Shown: in pieces, positions 1 through 10,209 of the stretch
Numbering within the stretch: position 1 is the first letter of the stretch
Layout of the letters: every line of letters begins with the position of its first letter
DNA from: Candidatus Eiseniibacteriota bacterium
GTDB lineage: Bacteria; Eisenbacteria; RBG-16-71-46
DNA: 64,000 bases
NCBI GenBank assembly: GCA_038231135.1
Contig: JBBRLX010000004.1
Coordinates: 64,001 to 128,000, forward strand
Direction of reading: 5' to 3'
Notes under the pieces: model-generated
Database searches by the model: none
What the model was told of the DNA's origin: nothing
Seen by the model: only the letters and a program-made list of their open reading frames with translations
Position numbers and translations under genes: made by a program

Positions 1-636
1 TACCTGGGCACCGACGAGGAGTGGGAGTTCGCCACGAACGCGCTGCGCCAGGCGCTCGAGCACCGCGGGCTGCCGTACGAGGTGGACGAGGGTGGCGGCG
101 CGTTCTATGCGCCCAAGATCGACGTGAAGCTGAAGGATGCGCTGGGCCGCCAGTGGCAGTGCCCGACGATCCAGGTCGATCTCAACCTGCCCAAGCGCTT
201 CGGCGTGACCTATACCGGTCCCGACGGGCAGGAGCACGAGTGCATCATGCTGCACCGCGCGCTCTATGGCTCGCTCGAGCGATTCATGGGCATCTACATC
301 GAGCACACCGGCGGCGAATTCCCGGTATGGATCGCTCCGGTGCAGGCGATGGTGATCCCGGCGAATCCCAGGGCGCTCGACTATGCGAACGACACGGCGC
401 GCATGCTGCACGCGGCCGGCGTGCGCACGGAGATCGATCTGCGCGACGAGAAGATGGGGGCGAAGATCCGCGACGCCGAGCTGGCGAAGATCCCCTACAT
501 GCTCGTGGTGGGCCCGCGCGAAGCCGAGGCGGGAACGGTGTCCCCGCGCCGCAAGGGCGTGGGACAGCTCGAGGCGATGACCCGCCAGGCGTTCATCGAC
601 CGGGTGCTCGAGGAGAGCCGCACGCGCACCGCTTGA
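1..636 (+). CDS. thrS: Threonyl-tRNA synthetase, C-terminal part (truncated by window start)
   Basis: Open from base 1; motifs GAFYAPKID, WQCPTIQVD, HRALYGSLERF, anticodon-binding domain; lies upstream of infC. Confidence 0.97.
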   Translation, partial: YLGTDEEWEFATNALRQALEHRGLPYEVDEGGGAFYAPKIDVKLKDALGRQWQCPTIQVDLNLPKRFGVTYTGPDGQEHECIMLHRALYGSLERFMGIYIEHTGGEFPVWIAPVQAMVIPANPRALDYANDTARMLHAAGVRTEIDLRDEKMGAKIRDAELAKIPYMLVVGPREAEAGTVSPRRKGVGQLEAMTRQAFIDRVLEESRTRTA

Positions 637-662
637 GACGGCGGGGCAGGCGGGGCAGGCCC

Positions 663-691
663 TTGCCTTTCGCCTCCGAACCGGGTAGCCT
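663..691 (+). promoter_or_regulatory. sigma70-type promoter for infC-rpmI-rplT
   Basis: TTGCCT (663-668), 17-nt spacer, TAGCCT (686-691). Confidence 0.6.
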
Positions 692-707
692 GCAGTTCGT
701 AATTTCC

Positions 708-850
708 AAGCAGGAGCCCGCTTCCGGCTTCTCACCCCCGCGGACCCACAGGGTTTCGCTCCGGGGTTCTCGCTTCGCCGCATCTCCGTGATGACGGCAT
801 CCGGCTTACGCCGGGCGGGGTTCTGCGTGGAATTCCCTGCCCGGCGTTTT
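708..850 (+). promoter_or_regulatory. Ribosomal protein L20 leader-like RNA with terminator hairpin
   Basis: AAGCAGGAGCCCGCTTCCGGCTTCTCACC resembles the recalled L20 leader 5' motif AAGCAGAAGCACCCGCTTCTCACC; hairpin 808-846 followed by TTTT; located directly upstream of infC. Confidence 0.65.
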
Positions 851-905
851 GCATGCGCGCATGCGCGTCCGGGCCGTCCAGCACTCCTCACCGGAGGTGA
901 CAGCC

Positions 906-1529
906 ATTTCGGCACCCAAGACACCCGAAGTCCGGGTCAACGACCGCATTCGCGTCCCCCAGGTGCGGGTGATCGGGGACGATGGATCGCAGGTTGGTGT
1001 GCTCCCCACGCGCGAAGCGCTGTTGCTCGCGCAGTCCAAAGGCCTCGACCTCGTCGAAGTCTCGCCCACGGCACGTCCCCCGGTGTGCCGCATCATGGAC
1101 TACGGGAAATTCAAGTACGAGCAGAACCGCAGGGCGCGCAAGGCCAAGAAGAAGCAGCACCAGATGCAGCTCAAGGAAGTGAAGATGCGCCCGAAGATCG
1201 ACGACCACGACTATGACTTCAAGATGAACCACGCGCGCGACTTCCTGAATGGGCGCGACAAGGTGAAGTTCACGATCACGTTCCGCGGGCGCGAAATCGC
1301 GCACCAGGACATCGGCCACGTGCTGATCCAGCGGATCATCGCGGAACTCACCGACGTATCGACCGTCGAATCGCCGCCGCGCTCCGAGGGGCGGTCACTT
1401 ACGACGGTGCTGATGCCGAAACCGCCCAAGACGGGCGGCAAGGAGTCCGAGAAACCCAGTGGCGCGGCGGACGGCAAGTCCGCGCCGATGTCCTCCGGCG
1501 TCCGTATGGAAGCCGGCATCAAGGAGTAA
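906..1529 (+). CDS. infC: Translation initiation factor IF-3 (ATT start)
   Basis: RVNDRIRVPQVRVI, PPVCRIMDYGKFKYE, KEVKMRPKID; GGAGGT SD at 893-898, then in-frame ATT at 906. Confidence 0.97.
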   Translation: MSAPKTPEVRVNDRIRVPQVRVIGDDGSQVGVLPTREALLLAQSKGLDLVEVSPTARPPVCRIMDYGKFKYEQNRRARKAKKKQHQMQLKEVKMRPKIDDHDYDFKMNHARDFLNGRDKVKFTITFRGREIAHQDIGHVLIQRIIAELTDVSTVESPPRSEGRSLTTVLMPKPPKTGGKESEKPSGAADGKSAPMSSGVRMEAGIKE

Positions 1530-1535
1530 CCGCAG

Positions 1536-1733
1536 ATGCCCAAGCAGAAGACCAACCGTGCCGCCGCCAAGCGATTCAAGCTGACGGGGAGCGGAAAGGC
1601 GAAACGGGCCCGTTCGGGCCTGCGCCATGGAATGATCGGCAAGCCTCGCGGCCGCAAGCGCAAGCTCGTGGGCATGGTGATGGTGGCCGATGTCGACCAG
1701 CCGCGCGTGCTGCGGATGCTCGGCAAGCGCTGA
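1536..1733 (+). CDS. rpmI: 50S ribosomal protein L35
   Basis: MPKQKTNRAAAKRFKLTGSGK; synteny with infC and rplT. Confidence 0.97.
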   Translation: MPKQKTNRAAAKRFKLTGSGKAKRARSGLRHGMIGKPRGRKRKLVGMVMVADVDQPRVLRMLGKR

Positions 1734-1803
1734 CACTCGTTCGAATCCGGACCATATGCCCCCGTCCTGCGGTCGGCCGCATCGGGGTATGGAGGTTTGA
1801 GTC

Positions 1804-2160
1804 ATGCCACGTTCCAAAACCGTCGTTCCCGGCCGCGCCCGGCGCCGCAAGGTGCTCACCGCGGCCAAGGGCAATTTCAGCGGACGCCGCAAGCTGTACA
1901 AGACCGCGCTCCAGACCGTGCAGCGCGCGGGCCAGTTCGCCTGGGAACACCGGCGGCTCAAGAAGCGCGACTTCCGGCGGCTGTGGATCACGCGCATCAA
2001 CGCGGCGGCGCGCATCAACGGGCTGTCGTACAACTTGCTGATCTCGGGCCTCAAACGCGCGAACATCGAGGTCAACCGGAAGCTGCTCGCCGACCTCGCC
2101 GTGCGTGACGAGGCGGCGTTCGCGAAGCTCGCGGAGGTTGCGAAGTCGGCGGCGGCGTGA
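1804..2160 (+). CDS. rplT: 50S ribosomal protein L20
   Basis: [28 protein letters not shown]. Confidence 0.98.
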   Translation: MPRSKTVVPGRARRRKVLTAAKGNFSGRRKLYKTALQTVQRAGQFAWEHRRLKKRDFRRLWITRINAAARINGLSYNLLISGLKRANIEVNRKLLADLAVRDEAAFAKLAEVAKSAAA

Positions 2161-3371
2161 GCTCCGGCACCCAGTCGCTGGTGCGGGGGCTGGAGCCGCA
2201 ATGGGAGGCCGCGGACCCCGCGGGCATCCTGCCGGACTGGTCCGGACGGCACGCGGAGCTGGCGGCCGCCGATCCGGACGTGGCGCACGCGGTCGCGGCC
2301 TATGCCGCGGTGATCGCTGGGGCTCCCGATCGCGCGGCACTGGTGGACCGGTTCGCCGCGGCACTGGGGCGGGAGCGCGGCGACCTGACTCGCGCGCTCG
2401 CCGAGCTGCCAGCGCTGCCCATCGAGCAGCGCCGTGTCCGCGGCAGGTCGCTCAACCTCGCGAAGCGGCTGCTCGAGGCGCTGCACCAGGCGGCGCTCGA
2501 GCGCGCCGACCGCGCGGCCGAGTTGAAGGACGCCGAGGACCCCACGCTGCCGGGCCGTCGCCCGTGGGTGGGACGCCGCCACGTGCTGAACCAGATCTAC
2601 GACGAGCTGCTCGACCTGTTCCACGGCCTCGGGTATTCGGTGTACACGAGCCCCGAGGTCGAGCACGACACCTACAACTTCGGCCGGCTCAACTTTCCCC
2701 CCGACCACCCGGCGCGCGACGCGCACGACACGTACTTCGTGGCGCCCCGCGGCGCTCCGCCCCGGCATGCCGGCGAGGCTGTGGCGCCCGGCGCCGCCGG
2801 CCCCGCGCGCGACGTGCTGCTGCGCACGCACACCTCGCCGGGCTGGGTGCGCGCGATGGAGACCCAAGAGCCGCCGCTGCGGCTGGTGTTCCCGGGGCGC
2901 GTGTATCGCGCGGAGCAGGTCGACGCGAGCCACATGGACCAGTTCCACCAGATCGACGGACTCTATGTCGACCGCAACGTCAGCATGGCGGATCTCAAGA
3001 GCACGCTGAACACGTTCGCGCGCTCGATCTACGGCGCCGGCGTGCGCACGCGCATCATTCCAATCTACTTCCCGTTCGTCGAGCCCGGCGCGCAGATGGA
3101 CGTGTCGTGCGTGATCTGCGACGGCGCGGGCGCGGTCAAGGACGGCGACGGGATGCGCCGCTGCAGCGTGTGCAAGGGCTCGGGCTGGCTCGAAGTGCTG
3201 GGATCGGGCATGGTGCATCCCAACGTGTTTCGCGCCGTGGGCTACGATCCCGAACAGGTCACCGGGTTCGCGTTCGGCATGGGCATCGAGCGCATCGCCA
3301 TGCTGCGCCACGGCATTCCCGAGATCCGGTGGTTCCTCGAGAACGACCTGAGATTCCTCGACAAGTTCTGA
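2157..3371 (+). CDS. pheS: Phenylalanyl-tRNA synthetase alpha subunit
   Basis: [45 protein letters not shown]. Confidence 0.96.
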   Translation: MSSGTQSLVRGLEPQWEAADPAGILPDWSGRHAELAAADPDVAHAVAAYAAVIAGAPDRAALVDRFAAALGRERGDLTRALAELPALPIEQRRVRGRSLNLAKRLLEALHQAALERADRAAELKDAEDPTLPGRRPWVGRRHVLNQIYDELLDLFHGLGYSVYTSPEVEHDTYNFGRLNFPPDHPARDAHDTYFVAPRGAPPRHAGEAVAPGAAGPARDVLLRTHTSPGWVRAMETQEPPLRLVFPGRVYRAEQVDASHMDQFHQIDGLYVDRNVSMADLKSTLNTFARSIYGAGVRTRIIPIYFPFVEPGAQMDVSCVICDGAGAVKDGDGMRRCSVCKGSGWLEVLGSGMVHPNVFRAVGYDPEQVTGFAFGMGIERIAMLRHGIPEIRWFLENDLRFLDKF

Positions 3372-3429
3372 TCCCGCCGTCCACGCCGTTGATCGCCGTG
3401 GACTCTGTGATGGGGAGCATCTAGCGAGC

Positions 3430-5964
3430 ATGAAGCTGTCACTCACGTGGCTGCGGGACTGGATCGACGTCGACGTAGCGCCCGAACTCATCGCCGACGC
3501 GCTGACCCGCCGCGGGTTCTACGTGGAGGGCATCGAGACGCACGGGCCGCGGTTCACCGGCGTCGTCGTGGCCCGGTTGCTGGCGGTCGAGAAGCATCCC
3601 AACGCCGACAAGCTGTCACTCACGCGGGTCGACGCCGGCGGCGGCGAGCTGCGCGTGGTGTGCGGCGCGCCCAACGTGCGCGCCGGCATGATCGTGCCGC
3701 TCGCCACCATCGGCGCCCGTCTGCCCGGCGGGCTCGTGATCCGCAAGAGCAAGATCCGCGGCGAGGAGAGCCAGGGCATGCTGTGCTCGGCGCGCGAGCT
3801 GGAGCTGAGCGACGAGCACGACGGCATCGTCGACCTCGAACGACGGTTCGCCGCGGAGGCACTCGTGCCGGGACGGCCGCTCGAGGAGCTGCTCGGCCCC
3901 GCGGAAACGGTGCTCGAGGTCGAGATGCCGTTCAACCGTCCGGACGGCATGGGCGTGCTGGGGCTCGCGCGCGAGGTGAAGGCGGCGTTCGGCGGCGCCT
4001 GGACACCCGCGGCGCGCGCGCGACTCGCGAATCGCTGGCAGCCGCCGGCGGGCGCCTCGTTCGATCTCGAGTTGGAAGACACGGAGGGCTGCCCGCGCTA
4101 CCTGGCGCAGGCGATCCGCGGCGTCACGATCGCGCCCTCGCCCGACTGGCTGCGGCGGCGGCTCGAGGCGACGGGGCAGCGTCCGATCAACAACATCGTC
4201 GATGTCACGAACTTCGTGCTGTTCGAGCTCGGCCAGCCGCTGCACGCGTTCGACCTCGACCGCCTGGGCGGCCCCGCGATCCGCGTGCGCCGCGCCCGTG
4301 CCGGGGAGCGGATCGTCACGCTCGACGACAAGGAGCGCGAGCTGGATCCCGAGGTGCTGGTGATCGCGGACCGCGACGGACCGGTGGCGGTCGCGGGGGT
4401 GATGGGCGGCGCACGCAGCGAGGTCCACGCCGGCACCACGGCCCTGCTGCTCGAGTGCGCATGGTTCCAGCCGCGGCGCGTGCGGCGCGGTGCGCGGCGG
4501 CTCGGACTGTCGACCGAGGCCTCGAAGCGTTACGAGCGCGGCGTCGATCCCGGCATCGGCGCCGTGGCCATGGCGCGATTCCTCGAGCTGCTGCGCGAGG
4601 TCGCGCCCGGCGCCACGCCCGGCACGGCCGCCGAGCGCAACCTGGACACCCAGGCTCCGGTGACGCTTGCGCTGCGCAGCTCGCGGTGCGCGCGCGTGAT
4701 CGGCATGCCGGTCGCGGCGGCCGACGCGGCGCGCCATCTGCGGGCGCTCGAGTTCGGCGTCCAGGGCTTGGACCCGATGACGGTCACGGTGCCGAGCTGG
4801 CGCGTGGATGTGACGCTCGAGGACGACCTGGTGGAGGAGGTGGCGCGGTCGCAGGGCTACGACGCCATCCCCGAGGCGCCGCTCGAGACCGGCGGCGCGT
4901 ATGCCCGGCGCAGCCCCGCGGAGAAGGCGTTCGAGCGCGCGCGCGCCGCGATGCTGGCGCGCGGCCTGACCGAAGCCTGTTGCTCCGCGCTGCTGTCGGA
5001 GGGCGAGGCGGTGGCGACCGCGGCGCTGCTCGGCGACGGCCCCGCGGCGCTGGTCCGGCTCGACAACCCCATGAGCCGCGAGAGCGAGGTGCTGCGCCCC
5101 AATCTGCTGGGTGGGCTGCTGCGCGCCTGCGCTCACAATCTCAAGCAGGGAACCGCCGGCGTGCGGCTGTTCGAGATCGGCCACGGCTTCACGTGGGGCG
5201 CACCGCCGGGAACGAACGTCGGCACCGGTCGCGCGACGCAGGGTCGCAACGCGACCACGGAGGGTGACGACGCCGGCCGTCCCGCCTCACATGCGGGGCA
5301 GGCCGCCGTCGCCAGGTCGCTGCCGGTCGAAACCGTGATGATCGCGGCGCTCGTCACCGGGCCGCGTTACGCGCACGCCCACGACGCGACGCAGCAACTC
5401 GTGGATGCCGCCGACGCGCGCGGGCTGTGGGAGGCATGGCTCGACGAGTTGCGCGTTGACACCCCCGTATGGCGGGCATATTCTGGCCAAGGCTGGAAAC
5501 CCGGTGCCAGCGCGGAAGTTGCAAGCGCGGCTTCACGCATCGGTTGGGCCGGAACGCTGGGTCAATCGCTGCTGCGCGAGTGGGAAATCGAAGCTCCGGT
5601 GCACGTGTTCGTGGCACTGCTCGAGCCGCTCGTCCACTCGACCGTCGCGACGCGCCGGGCGGTGGCACCCGGACGGTTCCCGCCGGTGCGGCGCGATGTG
5701 GCGTTCTTCGTGCCGGATCGCGTCACGCATGGCCAGCTCGAGCGCTCGCTGACGGACGCGGCCGGCGATCGGCTGGCGGGCATCGAACTGTTCGACGTTT
5801 ACGCTGGTCCCGGAACTCCGGCGGCCATGAAGAGCATGGCGTTCGCGCTCCAGTTTCAGCATCCGGAGCGCACGATGACGGAGGCCGAGGTCCAGGCCAT
5901 TCAGGACCGCATGGTGACGGCAGTCGCGACGGAATGCGGCGGCCGCTTGAGAGACAACAAATGA
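3430..5964 (+). CDS. pheT: Phenylalanyl-tRNA synthetase beta subunit
   Basis: HPNADKL, VCGAPNV, RGEESQGMLCS, NNIVDVTN, DLVEEVAR, C-terminal FDX-ACB domain. Confidence 0.97.
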   Translation: MKLSLTWLRDWIDVDVAPELIADALTRRGFYVEGIETHGPRFTGVVVARLLAVEKHPNADKLSLTRVDAGGGELRVVCGAPNVRAGMIVPLATIGARLPGGLVIRKSKIRGEESQGMLCSARELELSDEHDGIVDLERRFAAEALVPGRPLEELLGPAETVLEVEMPFNRPDGMGVLGLAREVKAAFGGAWTPAARARLANRWQPPAGASFDLELEDTEGCPRYLAQAIRGVTIAPSPDWLRRRLEATGQRPINNIVDVTNFVLFELGQPLHAFDLDRLGGPAIRVRRARAGERIVTLDDKERELDPEVLVIADRDGPVAVAGVMGGARSEVHAGTTALLLECAWFQPRRVRRGARRLGLSTEASKRYERGVDPGIGAVAMARFLELLREVAPGATPGTAAERNLDTQAPVTLALRSSRCARVIGMPVAAADAARHLRALEFGVQGLDPMTVTVPSWRVDVTLEDDLVEEVARSQGYDAIPEAPLETGGAYARRSPAEKAFERARAAMLARGLTEACCSALLSEGEAVATAALLGDGPAALVRLDNPMSRESEVLRPNLLGGLLRACAHNLKQGTAGVRLFEIGHGFTWGAPPGTNVGTGRATQGRNATTEGDDAGRPASHAGQAAVARSLPVETVMIAALVTGPRYAHAHDATQQLVDAADARGLWEAWLDELRVDTPVWRAYSGQGWKPGASAEVASAASRIGWAGTLGQSLLREWEIEAPVHVFVALLEPLVHSTVATRRAVAPGRFPPVRRDVAFFVPDRVTHGQLERSLTDAAGDRLAGIELFDVYAGPGTPAAMKSMAFALQFQHPERTMTEAEVQAIQDRMVTAVATECGGRLRDNK
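5456..5484 (+). promoter_or_regulatory. Internal sigma70 promoter inside pheT
   Basis: TTGACA (5456-5461), 17 nt, TATTCT (5479-5484). Confidence 0.6.
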
Positions 5965-6257
5965 CCGAAACCGCGTTGATGACGACCGACCTCGACCGGC
6001 TCGCCGAGCGGGTCGAGAAGGCGGCGCTGCTGGTGCAGAAGCTGCGCGACGATCAGGAAAAGCTCACGCGCGACCGCGACGAGCTGTCGCTGCGCCTCCA
6101 GGAACTCGAGCGCAAGCTCCAGGGCCAGGATGCGACTGTGGTGGTCCAGGAGCTGGGCGGCTTGCGCCGCGAGCAGAAGGAATGGCACAGCGAGCGGCGC
6201 GACGTGGCGTCCCGCATCGAGGGCATGCTCAAGAAACTCGAGAAGCTCGAAGCCTGA
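5961..6257 (+). CDS. Coiled-coil cell division protein, ZapB-like
   Basis: ATG overlaps the pheT stop; heptad-rich 98 aa ending RIEGMLKKLEKLEA; directly upstream of zapA. Confidence 0.7.
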   Translation: MTETALMTTDLDRLAERVEKAALLVQKLRDDQEKLTRDRDELSLRLQELERKLQGQDATVVVQELGGLRREQKEWHSERRDVASRIEGMLKKLEKLEA

Positions 6258-6286
6258 CGGAACACCCAGCAACGATGGGAGGCGAC

Positions 6287-6598
6287 GTGATCCCCAAGAA
6301 CGTGGTCCAGGTCGAGATCTTCGGCCACTCGTACACGATCAAGGGCGAGGCCAACCAGGACTACATCCTCGAGGTCGCGGCGTTCGTCGACCGCCGGATG
6401 CGGGAGATCACGGAGAAGCTGCCCGTGGCCTCGTTGTCGAAGGTGGCGATCCTCGCGTCGCTCAACATCGCGGACGAATTATTCAAGGAGCGCGCCCGTC
6501 GGGAGACCGAGGAGCGCGACCTGCGCGACTTCAGCACCCGCACCGCGCAGCTCACCGCGGTTCTGGACGAGGTGATCCAGAGCGCGTCGCCGAAGTAG
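6287..6598 (+). CDS. zapA: Cell division protein ZapA
   Basis: VQVEIFGHSYTIKG, VDRRMREI, AILASLNIADELF; start is GTG 6287 or ATG 6275. Confidence 0.93.
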   Translation: MIPKNVVQVEIFGHSYTIKGEANQDYILEVAAFVDRRMREITEKLPVASLSKVAILASLNIADELFKERARRETEERDLRDFSTRTAQLTAVLDEVIQSASPK

Positions 6599-6632
6599 CG
6601 GCGGCGGAAGTCGCGGACGAGCCGCGCGGCCA

Positions 6633-6837
6633 GAGTTCCCTGCCGTATGCGTGATGCCACGGCGTTCTTGAACCAACATTTCCACAAAGGGTGTTCCGGT
6701 GGCCGGCGACGCTGGACTCCGGGACCGCGTGTGACGCTGCACGCGGGACCGGGACGTGAGCCGACCCGGTCGTCAGGATTACCCACCTGGTTCTCCAGGT
6801 CTCAAGAACCCGAAAACACACGGTTCGGCGGGGATTC
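6633..6837 (+). ncRNA. ssrS: 6S RNA
   Basis: Canonical position between zapA and rny; closing stem CCCTGCCG/CGGCGGGG, inner stem GTTCTTGAACC/GGTCTCAAGAAC, ACCCACC motif; about 205 nt. Confidence 0.88.
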
Positions 6838-6903
6838 ATTCCTGCCTGGGGCTCCGGACCGGAATCGCCGACGGCGATGTCCGGGGCTCTCGGGGAGATC
6901 GAC

Positions 6904-8466
6904 ATGCAATTCCTATGGACCGTCGGCGGCATCCTCGCAGGTGCCGTCGTGGCGTTCGTGCTGGGATATTCCCTGCGTGCGCAGCTTGGCCGTTCCCGCC
7001 TGCAGGGCGCCGAACACCGTGCCCAGAGTCTGACCGAAGCGTCGCAACGCGAGGCCGAGGCGCTCAAACGCAATGCCGTGCTCGAAGGCCGCGAGGAGGC
7101 GCTGCGCCTCAAGCAGCAGGTCGAGCGCGAAATGCTGCAGGCCAAGAACGCCCAGCTCGCCACTGAGCGGGCGTTCCAGGAGAAGGAAGCGGCGTTCAAC
7201 CGCCGCGTCGAGTTGATCGAGAAGAAGGACCGCGACTTGAAGCGCTCGGAGCAGGACATCTCCCAGCGCGAGTCGACCGTCGGCGCCCGCGGCCAGGAAC
7301 TGGACGTGCTGGTGCAGGAGCAACGCACGCGGCTCGAGAGGATCGCCGGCCTCAACGCAGCCGACGCCCGGCTGCAGCTGATCGGCTCGATCGAGAACGA
7401 GGCGCGCGCGGAGGCATCGCGTCGCACGGTCGAGATCCGCGACACCGCGCAGCGCAACGCCGAGCGCGAGGCGCGCAAGATCATCGTGCTCGCCATGCAG
7501 CGCTACGCTGCCGACCACGTGTCGGAATCGTCGGTGTCGGTGGTGCATCTGCCGAGCGACGAGATGAAGGGCCGGATCATCGGGCGCGAGGGCCGCAACA
7601 TCCGCTCGTTCGAAGTGATCACCGGCGTCGACGTGATCATCGACGACACGCCCGAGGCGGTGATCCTGTCGGGATTCGACCCGGTGCGCCGCGAGATCGC
7701 GCGGCTGTCGCTCGAGCGGCTGGTGGCCGACGGCCGCATCCACCCGGCTCGCATCGAGGAGGTCGTGGCCAAGGTCAAGACCGAGATCGAGAACAAGATC
7801 CGCGAGCTGGGCGAGATGGCGTGCGTGGAGGTAGGCGTTCACGGCGTCCAGTCCGAGCTGATGAACCTGCTCGGGCGGCTCCATTACCGCACGTCCTACG
7901 GCCAGAACATCCTGCGCCACTCGATCGAAGTCGCGCACCTGACCGGCATGATGGCGGCCGAGATCGGCATGGACCAGAAGATGGCGAAGCGCGCCGGGCT
8001 CATGCACGACATCGGCAAGGCGATCGACCACGATCACGAAGGCAGCCATCCCGCGCTGGGCATGGAGGTCGCGACGCGCTACGGCGAGCCGCAGCCGGTG
8101 CTGGAGGCGATCGGCTACCACCACGACGACTACGCCGGCGGCAGCCTGTGGCCGGTGCTGGTGTCGGCCGCCGACGCGATCTCGGGCGCGCGGCCCGGCG
8201 CCCGGCGCGAGAGCCTCGAGATCTACATCAAGCGCCTCGAGGCGCTCGAGAAGATCGCGAACGGTTTCGCCGGGGTCGAGAAGTCGTATGCGATCCAGGC
8301 CGGCCGCGAGGTGCGCATCATGGTCGAGCACAACAAGGTCGACGACGCCCGCGCCCAGGGTCTCGCCACCGACATCGCGCGTCGCATCGAGAAGGAACTC
8401 GAATACCCCGGCCAGATCCGCGTCACCGTGATCCGCGAGACGCGGGCGGTGGACTACGCGAAGTAG
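6904..8466 (+). CDS. rny: Ribonuclease Y
   Basis: N-terminal TM segment, coiled coil, KH motif [16 protein letters not shown] motif [17 protein letters not shown]. Confidence 0.98.
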   Translation: MQFLWTVGGILAGAVVAFVLGYSLRAQLGRSRLQGAEHRAQSLTEASQREAEALKRNAVLEGREEALRLKQQVEREMLQAKNAQLATERAFQEKEAAFNRRVELIEKKDRDLKRSEQDISQRESTVGARGQELDVLVQEQRTRLERIAGLNAADARLQLIGSIENEARAEASRRTVEIRDTAQRNAEREARKIIVLAMQRYAADHVSESSVSVVHLPSDEMKGRIIGREGRNIRSFEVITGVDVIIDDTPEAVILSGFDPVRREIARLSLERLVADGRIHPARIEEVVAKVKTEIENKIRELGEMACVEVGVHGVQSELMNLLGRLHYRTSYGQNILRHSIEVAHLTGMMAAEIGMDQKMAKRAGLMHDIGKAIDHDHEGSHPALGMEVATRYGEPQPVLEAIGYHHDDYAGGSLWPVLVSAADAISGARPGARRESLEIYIKRLEALEKIANGFAGVEKSYAIQAGREVRIMVEHNKVDDARAQGLATDIARRIEKELEYPGQIRVTVIRETRAVDYAK

Positions 8467-8502
8467 CCGGGAACGCGCCCAACCGTTCCTGAGGAGTCAC
8501 CC

Positions 8503-10209
8503 GTGCTGAATCTGCTGTTCATCGCCGACGTGATCGGATCGCCCGGCCGCAAGGTGGTCCGGGCGCTGCTGCCCGGCCTGCGCCGGCGCCACGCCATCGG
8601 CCTCGTGATCTGCAACTGCGAGAACTCCGCCGGCGGCTTCGGCGTGACGCGCGAGGGTGCCGCCGAGCTGTTCGACGCGGGCGTCGACGTGCTCACCGGC
8701 GGCAATCATCTGTGGGACAAGAAGGAGAGCCACGGCTACCTGAGCGAGGAGCCGCGGCTGGTGCGGCCCGCGAACATGCCCGAGACCACGCCCGGTCAGG
8801 GCTGGGGCGTGTTCCGCGCCACCGACGGCACGCCGGTCGCGGTCGTGAACCTGCTCGGCCGCGTGTTCATGAAGGAGATCGATTCGCCGTTCCCCGCCGT
8901 GGACCGCGTGCTCGCGGCGATCGGGGAGCGGGCGAAGGTCGTGTTCGTCGACTTCCATGCCGAGACCACGGCCGAGAAGGTGGCGCTCGGCTGGCATCTC
9001 GACGGCCGCGTGACAGCGCTCGTGGGCACGCACACCCACGTCCAGACCGCGGACGACCGCGTGCTGCCCCGCGGCACGGCATACCTGACGGACGCCGGCA
9101 TGACGGGCGGGTTCGACTCGGTGATCGGCATGGACCGCGTCGCGGCGCTGCGGCGCTTCACCACGCTCATGAACGTGCGCCTGTCGCCGTCCGATCACGA
9201 CCTGCGGCTGAACGCCGTGCTCGTGAGCGTCGACCCCGCGACCGGCCGCGCGGGTCGCATCGAGCGCCTGCAGATCCCGTGGGCGCCGCCGGCGGACGGC
9301 GGCGAGGGCGTGTCGACCACCCGGATCCTGCGCGGCGACGAACCGGCCGCGACCGTTCGCTACGGCGTCCAGCTCGAGGTACAGCGGCTGCGCGCGGGGG
9401 GCGTCGTGCCCACGCTCGCGCTGGTGTCGGTGGGCGACGACCCGGCGTCCCAGATCTACCTCAAGAAGAAGCGCGAGGCGTGCGCCGAGGCCGGCATCGA
9501 GGTGCAGCGCGTGACACTGCCCGCGGGTTCCGACACCCGCACCGTGGTCGAGCGCGTGCGCCAGCTGGGCAACGATCCCGCCGTGCACGGCATCCTCGTC
9601 CAGTTGCCGCTCGCGCCGCCCGCCGAATCGGAGGCCGTGCTCGACGCGATCCCGCCCGACAAGGACGTCGACGGGTTCCATCCCGTGAACGTGGGCCGGC
9701 TGAGCCTCGGCCTGCCGGCGCTGGTGCCGTGCACGCCGCGCGGCATCGTCGAGCTGCTGCGGTTCCACGAGGTGCCGCTGGCGGGCGCCCATGTCGTGGT
9801 GCTCGGCCGCAGCAACATCGTGGGCCGGCCGCTCGCGACGTTGCTGTCGGGCAAGGCCGTGAACGCGACGGTCACGCTGGGTCACAGCGCCAGCGGGCCC
9901 CGGCTGATCGAGCTCGCGCGCCAGGCCGACATCCTGGTGGCGGCGATGGGCCGTCCGGAGATCGTGACCGGCGACTGGGTAAAGCCCGGCGCCACCGTGG
10001 TCGACGTCGGCATCCACCGGCTGCCGGCGCCCGAGAAGCGCAGCGGCACGCGGGTGTGTGGTGACGTCGATGCGCAATCGGTGATGGGGATCGCGGGAGC
10101 CCTCACGCCGGTGCCCGGCGGCATCGGCCCCATGACGGTCGCGATGGTGCTGTCGAACGTGGTGCTCGCGACCGCGCGCCAGACGATCGGAGAGGAGGCC
10201 ACGCGATGA
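8503..10209 (+). CDS. ymdB-folD: Fusion: YmdB-family metallophosphoesterase (aa 1 to about 260) + FolD methylene-THF dehydrogenase/cyclohydrolase (aa about 270-568)
   Basis: YmdB motifs ENSAGGFG, GNHLWDKKE, DFHAETTAEK, GTHTHVQTAD; FolD motifs VGDDPAS, GILVQLPL, KDVDGFHP, PCTPRG, TPVPGGIGPMT; no stop codon between them. Confidence 0.9.
   Translation: MLNLLFIADVIGSPGRKVVRALLPGLRRRHAIGLVICNCENSAGGFGVTREGAAELFDAGVDVLTGGNHLWDKKESHGYLSEEPRLVRPANMPETTPGQGWGVFRATDGTPVAVVNLLGRVFMKEIDSPFPAVDRVLAAIGERAKVVFVDFHAETTAEKVALGWHLDGRVTALVGTHTHVQTADDRVLPRGTAYLTDAGMTGGFDSVIGMDRVAALRRFTTLMNVRLSPSDHDLRLNAVLVSVDPATGRAGRIERLQIPWAPPADGGEGVSTTRILRGDEPAATVRYGVQLEVQRLRAGGVVPTLALVSVGDDPASQIYLKKKREACAEAGIEVQRVTLPAGSDTRTVVERVRQLGNDPAVHGILVQLPLAPPAESEAVLDAIPPDKDVDGFHPVNVGRLSLGLPALVPCTPRGIVELLRFHEVPLAGAHVVVLGRSNIVGRPLATLLSGKAVNATVTLGHSASGPRLIELARQADILVAAMGRPEIVTGDWVKPGATVVDVGIHRLPAPEKRSGTRVCGDVDAQSVMGIAGALTPVPGGIGPMTVAMVLSNVVLATARQTIGEEATR

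Noticed and set aside
849..905. Upstream start for infC as given by the ORF track
   Set aside because: The strong SD and the ATT at 906 match the known infC start; the upstream sequence is leader RNA.
3105..3190. CxxC...CxxC insert in PheS
   Set aside because: A common feature of many bacterial PheS proteins.
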